Assembly: GCA_021325135.1 (NCBI GenBank)
Contig: JAJPHT010000003.1
Location: 1-62,062 of the forward strand
Length of the DNA stretch: 62,062 nt
Source of the DNA: Pseudomonadota bacterium
Lineage (GTDB): Archaea; Thermoplasmatota; SW-10-69-26; JACQPN01; JAJPHT01
Reading direction: 5' to 3'
Part shown: positions 8,011-17,621 of the stretch, piece after piece
How positions within the stretch are numbered: position 1 is the stretch's first letter
Layout: every line of letters starts with the position of its first letter
Notes under the pieces: generated by a model
Databases searched by the model: none
Told to the model about the DNA's origin: nothing
The model's input: the letters and a program-made list of their open reading frames with translations, nothing else
Program-made: the position numbers and the translations under genes

Positions 8011-8403
8011 GTGCGCTTCCGCGAAATGCTAGCCTGGGCCTTCCCCAAGGGAATGCCCATGCAGCTCCCTTCTGCGCGTCAACTGGAACAGGTCGGTTGG
8101 CTCGTGGCGCTCCGCCCGGGTCACGTCGTCGTTTGCCAGCCGCCCACGCCCGAGGAGTTGCCCCACGTCGTCAAGCTGCTCCGCGAGCGCCGCGAGCCCT
8201 CGCGCTGGTCGGGCGTGGCGATCTGCGAGCAGCGGGCCTCCGTCTCGTGGCTGCCCATCGGGCCCTACGACGCGGCGGAAACCGCGATCTGCGGCGCGTG
8301 CGCGCGTCATCTCGATTCCTGCTCCGAATGCCGGGCCGCTGTGGTGGATTCCCAAGCGGTCGCGCCGAGGAAAACGCCTAGGCCGTTCCGAACCCGGCGG
8401 TAG
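8011..8403 (+). CDS. Hypothetical protein, possible zinc binding
   Basis: AICEQ...AICGAC...CSEC cysteine pattern. Confidence 0.45.
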   Translation: MRFREMLAWAFPKGMPMQLPSARQLEQVGWLVALRPGHVVVCQPPTPEELPHVVKLLRERREPSRWSGVAICEQRASVSWLPIGPYDAAETAICGACARHLDSCSECRAAVVDSQAVAPRKTPRPFRTRR

Positions 8404-8613
8404 CAATCAACCAAGTCCCGTGCCACGAAACAGCACGTCACGGCGCTTGGGTTAGGTTACAGTTTGTGTCTTTTTCTCTGGGGGAATGCAACATTTCGGT
8501 TAGCTCTCAGATAGGTTCTTGTGAGCCATCGTGTTATTTTGTGGCGGGAGATAGGCTTGTCGCGGGTGATCCCCCGCCGCGTTGGGCTGCGATCCCGTGG
8601 AGACGAAAAACCA

Positions 8614-10287
8614 ATGAGACGAATCCTTGCGGTCCTCGTGACCGTCCTGATGCTTCCCCTCCTGTCCATGCCCTTCGTGTCCGCCACGGACCCGGAATGC
8701 GCGCCCGGCACCGCGACCGGAAGCTGTACCTTCACCGGCCCGACGCCCGGCGGTGTGTACGTCTATGACACGATCATCGTGCCCGCTGGCGTTACCGTGA
8801 CCTCCGACCTCTCGCTCGTGCTTCACGCGCGCAACGAGCTTCGCGTCGAGGGCAACGTCGTGGCGCCCACCGTCACGCTCGTTTCCGACCTCGCCGCCAT
8901 CGTGAGCGGCAACGTCCGCGGGCTCGACGGCAACGCGCTCACCCCGAACGGAGGCGACGTGAGCGTCACCGCCTCCAACCTCCTCTACACGGGCGTGATC
9001 CAGTCGGGCAACGGCGCCCCTGGCGTTGACGACGTGCAGAACGTCGGCGACACGCTCCCCACCGTCGCCGCGCACGCCACCCCCGGAGGCAACGGCGGCA
9101 ACGTCGTCATCAGCTCCCCCTCCCTCATCTTGCAGGGCTCATTCATCGTCGGCAACGGCGGCAAGGGCGGCTCCGCCCAGGCCATCGGCGGCACCATGTC
9201 CGCCAGCGCCATCGGCGGCGACGGCGGCGCCTCCGGCAACCTCGTCCTCCCCCCGACCTACAACGTCCTCAACGTCATCGGGGAGGGCCTTGTGACCGGC
9301 GGCGAGGGCGGCGACGGCGGCAACGCCTTCTCCCAGGTGTCTCAGACGCCCCCTTCCTACATGGCGCTCCCCAGCGACGCCGTGACGGGGCCCGTCAACG
9401 ACGCCACCCAGCAGGACCCCGGCACCGGCCCCGTCCCGCCGCTCGCGGCTGCGGTCCCCGCGCTGTACGGCCCCGACTCCTGGCCCGCGGCCAGCGACTC
9501 CCGCTCGTTCGTCGCCTGCAAGGGCGCGGACAGCACCGGGTACGGCGAGATGGGCAAGACCGGCTGCCAGGGCTGGAGCGGCTACGAGGACCGCACCACC
9601 GACGGCGGCAACGGCGGCTACGGCATCCTCCGCGGCGGGCGCGGCGGCGACGCCACCGCCTACGGCGGCCAGGGCGGCATGGGAGGGCGCGGCGGCAACG
9701 GCTTCAACCGCGACTGCACGATCTACACGAGCGGTCAGAGCACTTGCAGCAACCACTTCGGCGGCCAGGGCGGGCGCGGCGGGACCGGCGGCAACGCCTA
9801 CTCCTACGGCGGCAACGGCGGCTCCTCGGTCGTCCAGGGCGGCGCGGGCGGCGACGCCTACGCCTTCGGCGGCAAGGGCGGCACGGGCGGCCTGGGCGGC
9901 GACGGCGGCGGCGGCTGGGTCAACATGTACGACGGCGACCAGGTCTCCCAGACGCTCGCCACCATCGGCTGCATGAAGGGCATCTACACCTTCGAGGCGT
10001 TCGAGCTGGTCATCGGCTGCGGCGACTACCTGTGGGCGTCCAAGGGCACCTACTTCGTCTGCGGTGACCCCGGCGCCGCCGGTCCCGGCGGCGATCCCGG
10101 CCAGGGCTACGCCTCTGGCGGCGCGGGCGGGCGCAACCTCCAGGGCCTCGGCACCGCCGGCCCCTCGGGCAACAGCTACGGCTACCCGGGCTATTGGGGC
10201 AACAGCGGCACGCAGGGGGGACGGCAGAACACGGTCCTTCTCGTGAACGTCGCACCCGCCCAGTACGCTTCTCACGTCTGCGGTTAG
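8614..10287 (+). CDS. Secreted glycine-rich repeat protein (GGxGGxGG)
   Basis: Signal peptide MRRILAVLVTVLMLPLLSMPFVSA; many GGNGG/GGKGG/GGDGG repeats; paired Cys. Confidence 0.85.
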   Translation: MRRILAVLVTVLMLPLLSMPFVSATDPECAPGTATGSCTFTGPTPGGVYVYDTIIVPAGVTVTSDLSLVLHARNELRVEGNVVAPTVTLVSDLAAIVSGNVRGLDGNALTPNGGDVSVTASNLLYTGVIQSGNGAPGVDDVQNVGDTLPTVAAHATPGGNGGNVVISSPSLILQGSFIVGNGGKGGSAQAIGGTMSASAIGGDGGASGNLVLPPTYNVLNVIGEGLVTGGEGGDGGNAFSQVSQTPPSYMALPSDAVTGPVNDATQQDPGTGPVPPLAAAVPALYGPDSWPAASDSRSFVACKGADSTGYGEMGKTGCQGWSGYEDRTTDGGNGGYGILRGGRGGDATAYGGQGGMGGRGGNGFNRDCTIYTSGQSTCSNHFGGQGGRGGTGGNAYSYGGNGGSSVVQGGAGGDAYAFGGKGGTGGLGGDGGGGWVNMYDGDQVSQTLATIGCMKGIYTFEAFELVIGCGDYLWASKGTYFVCGDPGAAGPGGDPGQGYASGGAGGRNLQGLGTAGPSGNSYGYPGYWGNSGTQGGRQNTVLLVNVAPAQYASHVCG

Positions 10288-10443
10288 ACGCGAGCAACCT
10301 TCAGCCCCCGCGCTCGACGCCCGACGGCTCAGCGCGGGGGCGACCCCCCTCAATAAGACCTATCCACCCAAAACGCCCATCCTCTCGACAAAAGTTACAA
10401 CCGGGCCAAGTAACTCCCCGCCCGCCACCCTGCGAGGAATCCC

Positions 10444-12129
10444 ATGAAGAACGTTCGTCCCATCGTTGCACTTGCCCTCCTTCTCTGTCTGGGCGCCACC
10501 ATCCTCCCGCCGCAGGCAGTCTCCACCGGAGGCGATGGCGAAGGAACGGTCTCAACGGGAGGAACCGGCGACGGCTCCGGCGGCGGCGGTTCCCCTCCGC
10601 CTTACGACTGCACGAAAGACCCATCGAACCGTGTGGACTGCGGCTCCAACGACATGTGCCCCGGCATCTCGTGGCCCGCGCCCCAGGGCTCACAAGCCAC
10701 GAGCACCGGCCACCTGGGCGGCAGCGACACCGACGATTGGGCCAACGTCGAGCTGTACCGCACCGAGACGTTGAGCGTTACGAGCGACCACGGCGCCGTC
10801 ACCTACGCGACGCCAGCTTGCGGATCGATGCCCCTCGACAAGCCCACGCCCACGAACGTCAATCAGGGCGGCGACTACGCATTCGATACCTCCGTCCCCG
10901 CTGGACTCCCAGAGGCTGCCAGCCACGTTGCCTACGCGATCACGCCGAACGACGCGACCGGCCCCGGAACCGACGTGGGCAACGTCGCCGCCGCAGCCTA
11001 CCCCGTCACCGTCGCCCCGAGCGACGCGGGCGCCGCTGGCCTGCTCCAGATCAACGGCAGCTTGCCCGACCGCGAGATGCCCGACGTGGACTGGTTCCGC
11101 TTCCACTCCACGCTGGCGGAGACGCCCGGCGTGGACGGCCAGCCCCGGGGCCTCGCCCTCGGGCTCCTCTCCGCAACGTTCTCCCCCGACTGCAACGGCG
11201 GCACCTACACCATGACGCTCTACCAGTCGGACGGCATGACCGCCATCTCCTCCGCCTCCGGCTGCGGCAGCGCAGGCGTTACCCTCTCCTGCATCACCGC
11301 CGGGTACACGGCCGTCTATGCCGAATTGACCGTCGGAGGCAAGGGCACCGGCTACACCCTCGCCCCGAGTCTTTCGCCCCTGTACCTCGTCAACGTGGAC
11401 AACGGCACCGCCCAAGACTTCGCTATCAACCCGCAAGTCCCTTGGTGCGATCCTCTGCTGCCTATGATCCTCGGCGTTGCCCAGGCTGGGAACGCAGTTG
11501 CCAACGAGGTCGGGGACGTTCTCGCCGGCATTAACCCCGCCGTCTGCCCCAGCGACGGCGGCAGCGCCCAGGTCAACGACCCCACGCTCACCCAGGCTTG
11601 CGGAATGTATGTCTGGATTCTCGACCAGCAAAACACGCTCCCCTCACAACAGATTTACAGCCACTACTTCCCAGGATGCATCCCCGAGACCTGCTATCTC
11701 CAAGCGACCGCCAGCACCGAGCAGGTTAGCCCGGACGATCCGACCGCGCCCTACTATCAAGCTGGAGCGAGTCCGACGTGCCGAACTGATAACATTTGCT
11801 ACGCCGCCGACTACGGCGGCGGATCGTTCTATGGATTCCAAGGATGGACGACGATCCAATGCACGCCCGGCACGACCGACACGAGCTTCTACGCCGAGGC
11901 CACTTGCGTGAGCCGTGGCTCCAGCATCGGTCCGGTCCAGAGCGGCCAGCTCATGCCGATCATTGAGTACCTGTACGTTCCGAAGGGAACCTGCGTTACG
12001 CACACCTTTACGCAGGGCGTAACTGCCACCCTCGCAACAAATCCCGAAGGGCAGTCCTACTCGACGGACCCTGACTTCCAGACCAGCAAGCCGATCAAAG
12101 TCTGCCACTATTCGGACGCATCTACCTGA
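10444..12129 (+). CDS. Secreted Cys-rich protein with possible pre-peptidase C-terminal (PPC)-like domain
   Basis: Signal peptide; DTDDW and DVDWFRF...YTMTLYQSDG motifs; many Cys. Confidence 0.8.
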   Translation: MKNVRPIVALALLLCLGATILPPQAVSTGGDGEGTVSTGGTGDGSGGGGSPPPYDCTKDPSNRVDCGSNDMCPGISWPAPQGSQATSTGHLGGSDTDDWANVELYRTETLSVTSDHGAVTYATPACGSMPLDKPTPTNVNQGGDYAFDTSVPAGLPEAASHVAYAITPNDATGPGTDVGNVAAAAYPVTVAPSDAGAAGLLQINGSLPDREMPDVDWFRFHSTLAETPGVDGQPRGLALGLLSATFSPDCNGGTYTMTLYQSDGMTAISSASGCGSAGVTLSCITAGYTAVYAELTVGGKGTGYTLAPSLSPLYLVNVDNGTAQDFAINPQVPWCDPLLPMILGVAQAGNAVANEVGDVLAGINPAVCPSDGGSAQVNDPTLTQACGMYVWILDQQNTLPSQQIYSHYFPGCIPETCYLQATASTEQVSPDDPTAPYYQAGASPTCRTDNICYAADYGGGSFYGFQGWTTIQCTPGTTDTSFYAEATCVSRGSSIGPVQSGQLMPIIEYLYVPKGTCVTHTFTQGVTATLATNPEGQSYSTDPDFQTSKPIKVCHYSDAST

Positions 12130-12143
12130 AGGAGAGACGGTCC

Positions 12144-12692
12144 ATGCAACTCCAAGTGACACCCGAAACGTTATCCACGGCCCGCCGACTCAAGGACATG
12201 AGTTTTCCTATGAAGTCGGGCTTGCTGGCGGTGCTCGTTATCCTGCCGATCCTGCTTCAATCCGCCGGAGCGGACTCCACGACCTCCAGCGCATCCTACA
12301 CCGCCATCAACCCGTGGACGCGCTTCGGTGTGGACGTGCCCGACTGCATCTATGCCGGTCCCGTCCCCGACACCCCTCGCGTCGGACTTGGCGGAGCCTG
12401 TTTCTCCATGCCGAACGGAACCTACCACTACCGCGTCACGCTCAATGACGACGTGTGGGGACTCGGTTTCGCAGAGGTTGGCCTGTGCGGGAGAATGCCT
12501 GATGGCACACGGGCCTGTTACGGGGATGCCGTCTGCAACGGCACCGCGGAGGGAGATACCCCCATCAACATTACCTCGATTACCGTGACGGTCCACGACT
12601 ATCAGAGGGCGCGACTCGACGGGTGCGATTCCGTGCCCGTCACCTGGGTCCCTACGCACGGCCAAATCACGCTTGAGCTAACGCCCAAGTAG
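12144..12692 (+). CDS. Secreted Cys-containing protein
   Basis: Signal peptide MKSGLLAVLVILPILLQSAGA (true start may be an internal ATG); six Cys. Confidence 0.75.
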   Translation: MQLQVTPETLSTARRLKDMSFPMKSGLLAVLVILPILLQSAGADSTTSSASYTAINPWTRFGVDVPDCIYAGPVPDTPRVGLGGACFSMPNGTYHYRVTLNDDVWGLGFAEVGLCGRMPDGTRACYGDAVCNGTAEGDTPINITSITVTVHDYQRARLDGCDSVPVTWVPTHGQITLELTPK

Positions 12693-12710
12693 CACGCCCG
12701 GGGCACCACC

Positions 12711-13154
12711 ATGAACAAGCAACCCCCCTGGCCCGTCGTGGTCGAAACCGGAATGAGCTACCTCCTCGGGCTGGCCGCCGTCACCGTCGGCGCCCTAATG
12801 ATCCTCCGAGAGATTCCACCTCTCGGCCTCGCAGGAGCCAACGACGTGATGGCCCAGGTCGGCCTTCCGCGCTCTCAGTGGGACGCCGCTCTCGGTCTCC
12901 TGCTCGTGTATCTCGGCATCGGTGAGGCGTTCATCGCCCGCGGTATTTGGCAGGGGCGACGCTGGGCGTTGCCTTTCTTCATCCTCAACGACACGCTGTT
13001 CCTCGCCTATTTCCTCGTGATTCTCCCGTTCGATTGGTTCGGCTGGATTCTGCGCGCCGTGGCCGTCGTCGGGATCGTGTGGTACGTCCTCCGCCCGAGA
13101 GTCAAGGACTATTTCCGCGACGACGCGGGCCCCGAACCCGATTCGGGAACGTGA
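12711..13154 (+). CDS. Four-TM membrane protein
   Basis: Four hydrophobic segments; ends WYVLRPRVKDYF. Confidence 0.8.
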   Translation: MNKQPPWPVVVETGMSYLLGLAAVTVGALMILREIPPLGLAGANDVMAQVGLPRSQWDAALGLLLVYLGIGEAFIARGIWQGRRWALPFFILNDTLFLAYFLVILPFDWFGWILRAVAVVGIVWYVLRPRVKDYFRDDAGPEPDSGT

Positions 13155-13328
13155 AGGAAACTAGATCGGCGCGGCGCTGGAGCCTGGCACCTGGCACCAC
13201 CGCGATGCTCTCATAGCCTGTGAGAGCGCCTTTGGCTTTCGCCGCCCCCGGCCCGGTCCCACGGACGCGCCTTCCCCCCTCGCGCCCGTGGGGCCGGTCA
13301 TGTTCCTTCGGCGGCAGGATGCCCCACC

Positions 13329-13673
13329 TTGACGAACGACTACCGCAAGGGCTGGCGCTACAAGCTGGCCCACGACCGCAACCAGACCCGACGCCGGAGC
13401 AGCGCGATCCGGAACCCTGTGGAACGCTTCCGCCGCGCGCACCCCCTGGGCTCGCCCGGCCACCGCTGCGCCTCCCGCAGCTCGACCCCGCACGCCGGCC
13501 CGCTGGAGGTTCACCACGTCGGGGGCCTGCGCTCGACCGCGCGCCTGGTCTTCATGTGCCGCAGGCACAACCGCGAGACTGAGGGGATGCGCCTGGGCAG
13601 CGGCAAGCCGAAGCCCGGCAGCAGCGCCCCCCGCAGCAGCAAGAGCCGGAGGCGCCGCTCATGGTGGCGTTGA
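13329..13673 (+). CDS. HNH endonuclease-like protein
   Basis: RCAS...LEVHHVGG...LVFMCRRHN. Confidence 0.55.
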   Translation: MTNDYRKGWRYKLAHDRNQTRRRSSAIRNPVERFRRAHPLGSPGHRCASRSSTPHAGPLEVHHVGGLRSTARLVFMCRRHNRETEGMRLGSGKPKPGSSAPRSSKSRRRRSWWR

Positions 13674-14023
13674 CCTGGCAGGATGCCGTCTTCTTCGCGT
13701 GCGACGTGGCGTTCTTCGCGGACCTCATCCTGTACGCGAAGGCGCCCGAGAAGCCCCACCCCCCGTGGAGGAGCCGCTTGAACGCGGTGCTCCTGATCGC
13801 CTGCGCCCTGACGGGCTGGACGCTCTCCCTCCGCGCCTGGGCCGTCCTCACGCTGGCGAGCGCCGCGACCTGGGCGCTCATCGGGCGCCGGAACGCCGCC
13901 AGGATCGCCGCGAAGAAGACGGCCGCCAAGCCGGGGGAGAAGTCGGGCGGGAAGTCCGTGCAGATCGCCGCGGAGACGGCGGGCGCCGAGCCGACGCCCC
14001 GCGCCGCGGGGGGCTCGCCGTGA
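13661..14023 (+). CDS. Small membrane protein
   Basis: Three hydrophobic segments and a Lys-rich tail; overlaps both neighbours. Confidence 0.7.
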   Translation: MVALTWQDAVFFACDVAFFADLILYAKAPEKPHPPWRSRLNAVLLIACALTGWTLSLRAWAVLTLASAATWALIGRRNAARIAAKKTAAKPGEKSGGKSVQIAAETAGAEPTPRAAGGSP

Positions 14024-14268
14024 GCTGGCCGGAGATCCGCCCCGATGGCTCCCCGTCCGCGGGGGCGAGCTGGAGCGCGGGCGCCAGCTCCGCGGGCTCC
14101 TCGCCCCTCGGGCCGGCGGGCATCCTCACCGCGCCCACCAGCGGGCGGCGGACCAGCGGGTTCCACCGCGTCGCGTGCCACCGCTGCGGACGCCCCACCG
14201 TCACGGCGGGCAGAGTGGGCGGCTACAACGGAGCGGGCGCCCTTTGCTCGACGTGCCGCCGCCACTAG
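14020..14268 (+). CDS. Small zinc-finger protein
   Basis: GTGA-coupled; CHRC...CSTC. Confidence 0.55.
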   Translation: MSWPEIRPDGSPSAGASWSAGASSAGSSPLGPAGILTAPTSGRRTSGFHRVACHRCGRPTVTAGRVGGYNGAGALCSTCRRH

Positions 14269-14513
14269 ATCGCCTGCTCCAGCTCGACGCGCGCCTGCGC
14301 GCGTGGATCGCCACGCGCGCCGCCAAGCTCGACGCGATCCCCGACACGCTCTTGGTCCGCGCCTTGTGCGTCCTCGTGGCCGGCTTCTTCTCCGTCCCCG
14401 CCGCCATGAGCGTTCTCCACCACCACCCACGCGCCGCCTTCTCCTACCTCGTGGGCCTCCTGGGCGTGGGCGCCCTCGCGCTCCTGGCGTGGCTGCGCGA
14501 GGGTGCCAGGTGA
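14253..14513 (+). CDS. Small two-TM membrane protein
   Basis: LLVRALCVLVAGFFSVPAAM and FSYLVGLLGVGALALLAWL. Confidence 0.65.
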   Translation: MPPPLDRLLQLDARLRAWIATRAAKLDAIPDTLLVRALCVLVAGFFSVPAAMSVLHHHPRAAFSYLVGLLGVGALALLAWLREGAR

Positions 14514-14527
14514 CGTCACCAGGCACC
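14502..14527. promoter_or_regulatory. 26-bp near-perfect palindrome upstream of capsid-like gene (candidate operator)
   Basis: GGTGCC-A-GGTGACGTCACC-A-GGCACC. Confidence 0.5.
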
Positions 14528-14623
14528 AGGCCCGCGGCGATGCGTGCGAGCAGTCCCGCTCAAATCCTACCTCGCGCCCGAAGGTCGCGTCGGCGCTATC
14601 AGACGCGCCAACGGTGACAACAA

Positions 14624-14899
14624 CTGAAAGCAAATCGTTCCCTCCGAAACGACGACGCGGCCAACCTGGGCGCCGTGGGCGGCGCGGTGGTCGGTGGCAC
14701 CATCATGTTCATGGTTGCTATCGTCCTGAACCTCGCCCTCCTGCCCGGCGTGGACGACAGCGCAGCCGCCGCCAAGACCAGCCCGAACGCCACCAGCGGC
14801 GAAAAGGGAATCGTGAGCATCGACTCCCTGGTCTTCGCCGCCTTCCCGATCATCGGGATTGTGAGCGGCGGCTGGATCGGCGGTCGCATGGGCGACTAG
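14624..14899 (+). CDS. Putative major capsid protein, spindle-shaped virus type (hydrophobic helical hairpin)
   Basis: KANRSLRNDDAA-NLGAVGGAVVGGTIMFMVAIVLNLALLP-(loop with NAT sequon)-IVSIDSLVFAAFPIIGIVSGGWIGG: two hydrophobic helices, LLP kink and glycosylation sequon as in SSV1 VP1-like proteins; GGTGA SD then CTG start. Confidence 0.7.
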   Translation: MKANRSLRNDDAANLGAVGGAVVGGTIMFMVAIVLNLALLPGVDDSAAAAKTSPNATSGEKGIVSIDSLVFAAFPIIGIVSGGWIGGRMGD

Positions 14900-14923
14900 A
14901 TCACGCCCCGCCACGCCGCCTTT

Positions 14924-14968
14924 GGCCGGCGCGCAGCGCGCGCCGGCCGCCCCCCTTCTCCTCTCCTA
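14924..14968 (+). terminator. Hairpin plus pyrimidine tract after capsid-like gene
   Basis: 11-bp stem GGCCGGCGCGC-AGC-GCGCGCCGGCC followed by CCCCCTTCTCCTCTCC. Confidence 0.55.
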
Positions 14969-14987
14969 ACCCTCCCGGTGATCCCTC

Positions 14988-17618
14988 ATGCTCCAGCCCA
15001 AGCTCCGCCCCGCCCGCGCCCTCGCGCTCCTCCTCGCGCTCGACCTCGCCGCCTCCGCGCTGGTGATCCTCACGCCCGGCGCCAACGCCCTGCCCAACGC
15101 CAACGACCCGTGGCAACAGGAGATTTGGCGTCAAGCCGTCCCCGGCGGCTTCAGCAGCTCAAACACATGCGGCCCCTGCCCCTCGACGGGCACCACGGGC
15201 ACCGCGACCCTGCCCGCCGGGGACTACTACGTCGTGGTGAACGCCGGATGCGTCTCATGCAGCGGCCCCTTCACCTACACGTTGAACGGCGTGGGCGTCG
15301 TGACGTGGAACAACGACGGCAGCATGACGCTTGGCAGCGTCGGCTCCAGCGTCAGCGGCTATCAATTCCTCCAGTGGGGCGGCTGCTCCAACGGCTGCTA
15401 TGCCTACCTCGCCGTGACGCTCTCCGCGACCGTGACGCTCAGCTTCAACGGCTTCAACAGCTTCGGCATGGGCAACTGCGGGTTCGGATGCAGCTCCGGC
15501 GGCGGAACGCTATCAACTAGCGCGCTCTCCGGCTACGGGTTCGTGGGCGGCTTCTGGACCGGCTACAACGGCGCGCAGAATTATCACTCCATGTGGTTCA
15601 GCGCCTTGGGACAGCTAAGCGAGGCCGGCATCCTCGCAACGCAGATGACGCGCACCCCGACCACGACCCAATGGACATGGAGCCAAGTCCAGGGGGACGC
15701 GCAGCTCATCAACGCCGCCAACAGCAACGCCGGGTCCTACGTCTCGGGCGTGCAATCATTCGTGGCCGACTTGACCAAGGGCCAGTTTATCGACACGACG
15801 GCCTTTCGCTGGAACCCTAGTGGCGTCGCGGGCGGCTGCTCGGGAACCACCATCCAGCTTTCCCTCTCCAGCAGCCTTGCCTATCCCTGGAACGTCTCCG
15901 CGGAAATCGCCAACCTCACCTTTCCGGTAACGCAAGATAGCAACAGCGGCGGAACGTCCTTCGTAACCGTGGACTGGTCGAACGCCCTTGCCTCCAGCGA
16001 CCGCGCCCTTACCTTCGGAACGCCCACCATCAGCGCCGCGGGCAGCGCGCTCACCAAGGGCACCGCGGCCTTTTACTCCAACTTCCCGCCCACCGTCGCG
16101 GCCGGCGGGACGTTCTATCTTCACTGGAACCTCTTGGGGAACGCCAACTGCGCCGCCGTCATGCAATACAACGGCGGCAATCCGTATTCCGGCGGCTCGA
16201 TTTACACTGATAGCGGCGCGGCCTGGGCGCAGCAGACCCTTCAGGACGTGAACCAGCTTATCGTGAACGTCTATGGCGGCGCAACGGTCCTCTACACCGC
16301 CAACGAGGCGCAGAAGGACGTAGGCGGCGCGTCCTACCTCTACCTGTGCGAAGTGCAACGCGACGCCGTGGCCCAACGGTACAGCTTGAGCACGAGCTAC
16401 GGCGGCGCGGCTCGCGCCGGAAGCTATCAAGCCGCAGGGTCGAACGTCTGCAACGGTGTCACCGCCGGAGGCCAGCAGGAAACGATTCAGGAATGGCGCC
16501 TCGGCTACGAGTCGCCCGTGAACGTCTCGCAAAGCGTGACGCTCTCCCTCAATCTCGCGGGTGCATCGCGCAACCTTCTCTATGTGGGAACGCTGGCCGG
16601 CACGCAGCCCGCGCACCCCAACCTTGCCGCGGGCTTCGGCTTCGCGGCCACCGGGTACAACACGGTTACGGCTTACAAGCTGTTTTCAACGGACGACTAC
16701 GCGACCAGCGCGACGTTCACCGTGTCGGAATGCGTGGACCCGGCGTGCGCCACCCTCGGCGCGGCGATCAACACCAGCAGTTACGTTGTCACGATTTGCC
16801 CCGGCGCGTTCGCGCGCACGGTGGCGGGCGTCGTGAACGCCAGCGCCATGTTCAACGTCTCGGGGCAGGACGTGGCGGGCTGCAAGCTGACGGTGGACCT
16901 CAAGGACTCCGCGCACGCCCCGACCTCGTGGACCGTGGCGATCCCGGGCCCCGGCTCCTACGCCTACACGTTGGGCATGTTCCGTCCCTCGCTGGCGGGC
17001 GGCGGCCCCGCGCTACTGCCCGTCGTCATCACGTTCAGCGGCAACGCCACGCGGGTTGTGCCCGACAAAGTGAACCTCTCGATTAACCGGACCTTGCCCA
17101 CACCCCTTTGGGTGGATCAAGTCCTGTTCGACCTCAAGAGCGGGACCTATCGGCGCGTGGGCAGCCCCGCGCCCTGGAACAGCGGCGACGGCGCGACGTT
17201 CACGTTCCTCTATCCCACGCTCAAGAGCGCGACCGAGGCGCGCGACGCGGGCACCTATGAGGTGTTCGTGACGGACGGCAACGGGACTTACCTGGGCGGT
17301 GAGTCCTTCTGCCTCCTCACGAGCTGGAGCGCGAGCGCCGCCAGCTCGTGCAACGTGCCCCTCCAGCCCGCCGACCAGCTCAAGCTAGCCGCCGACAGCG
17401 CCGCGGCCATCGGGCAGGAGCGCGTTCTCATCAGCCGCGCCCAGGCCCAGCAGCTTCAGCAAGAGGCCGTCGATTATGTGGCGCTCGCCGTCGTCGTCCT
17501 GTTCCGGCCCGACTACTTCGGCACGCCCAACATTCTGTGGGGCCTCATCGCGTCGGGCATGATCCTGGCGACGGGCACGGTGGGCGGCTCCCTGGGCGGC
17601 TCCCGCAGGAGGCACTAG
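14988..17618 (+). CDS. Large membrane-anchored glycoprotein (putative virion adhesin/tail protein)
   Basis: Signal peptide, Ser/Thr/Gly/Asn-rich beta body, about ten N-x-S/T sequons, C-terminal hydrophobic segments. Confidence 0.8.
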   Translation: MLQPKLRPARALALLLALDLAASALVILTPGANALPNANDPWQQEIWRQAVPGGFSSSNTCGPCPSTGTTGTATLPAGDYYVVVNAGCVSCSGPFTYTLNGVGVVTWNNDGSMTLGSVGSSVSGYQFLQWGGCSNGCYAYLAVTLSATVTLSFNGFNSFGMGNCGFGCSSGGGTLSTSALSGYGFVGGFWTGYNGAQNYHSMWFSALGQLSEAGILATQMTRTPTTTQWTWSQVQGDAQLINAANSNAGSYVSGVQSFVADLTKGQFIDTTAFRWNPSGVAGGCSGTTIQLSLSSSLAYPWNVSAEIANLTFPVTQDSNSGGTSFVTVDWSNALASSDRALTFGTPTISAAGSALTKGTAAFYSNFPPTVAAGGTFYLHWNLLGNANCAAVMQYNGGNPYSGGSIYTDSGAAWAQQTLQDVNQLIVNVYGGATVLYTANEAQKDVGGASYLYLCEVQRDAVAQRYSLSTSYGGAARAGSYQAAGSNVCNGVTAGGQQETIQEWRLGYESPVNVSQSVTLSLNLAGASRNLLYVGTLAGTQPAHPNLAAGFGFAATGYNTVTAYKLFSTDDYATSATFTVSECVDPACATLGAAINTSSYVVTICPGAFARTVAGVVNASAMFNVSGQDVAGCKLTVDLKDSAHAPTSWTVAIPGPGSYAYTLGMFRPSLAGGGPALLPVVITFSGNATRVVPDKVNLSINRTLPTPLWVDQVLFDLKSGTYRRVGSPAPWNSGDGATFTFLYPTLKSATEARDAGTYEVFVTDGNGTYLGGESFCLLTSWSASAASSCNVPLQPADQLKLAADSAAAIGQERVLISRAQAQQLQQEAVDYVALAVVVLFRPDYFGTPNILWGLIASGMILATGTVGGSLGGSRRRH

Positions 17619-17621
17619 ATC

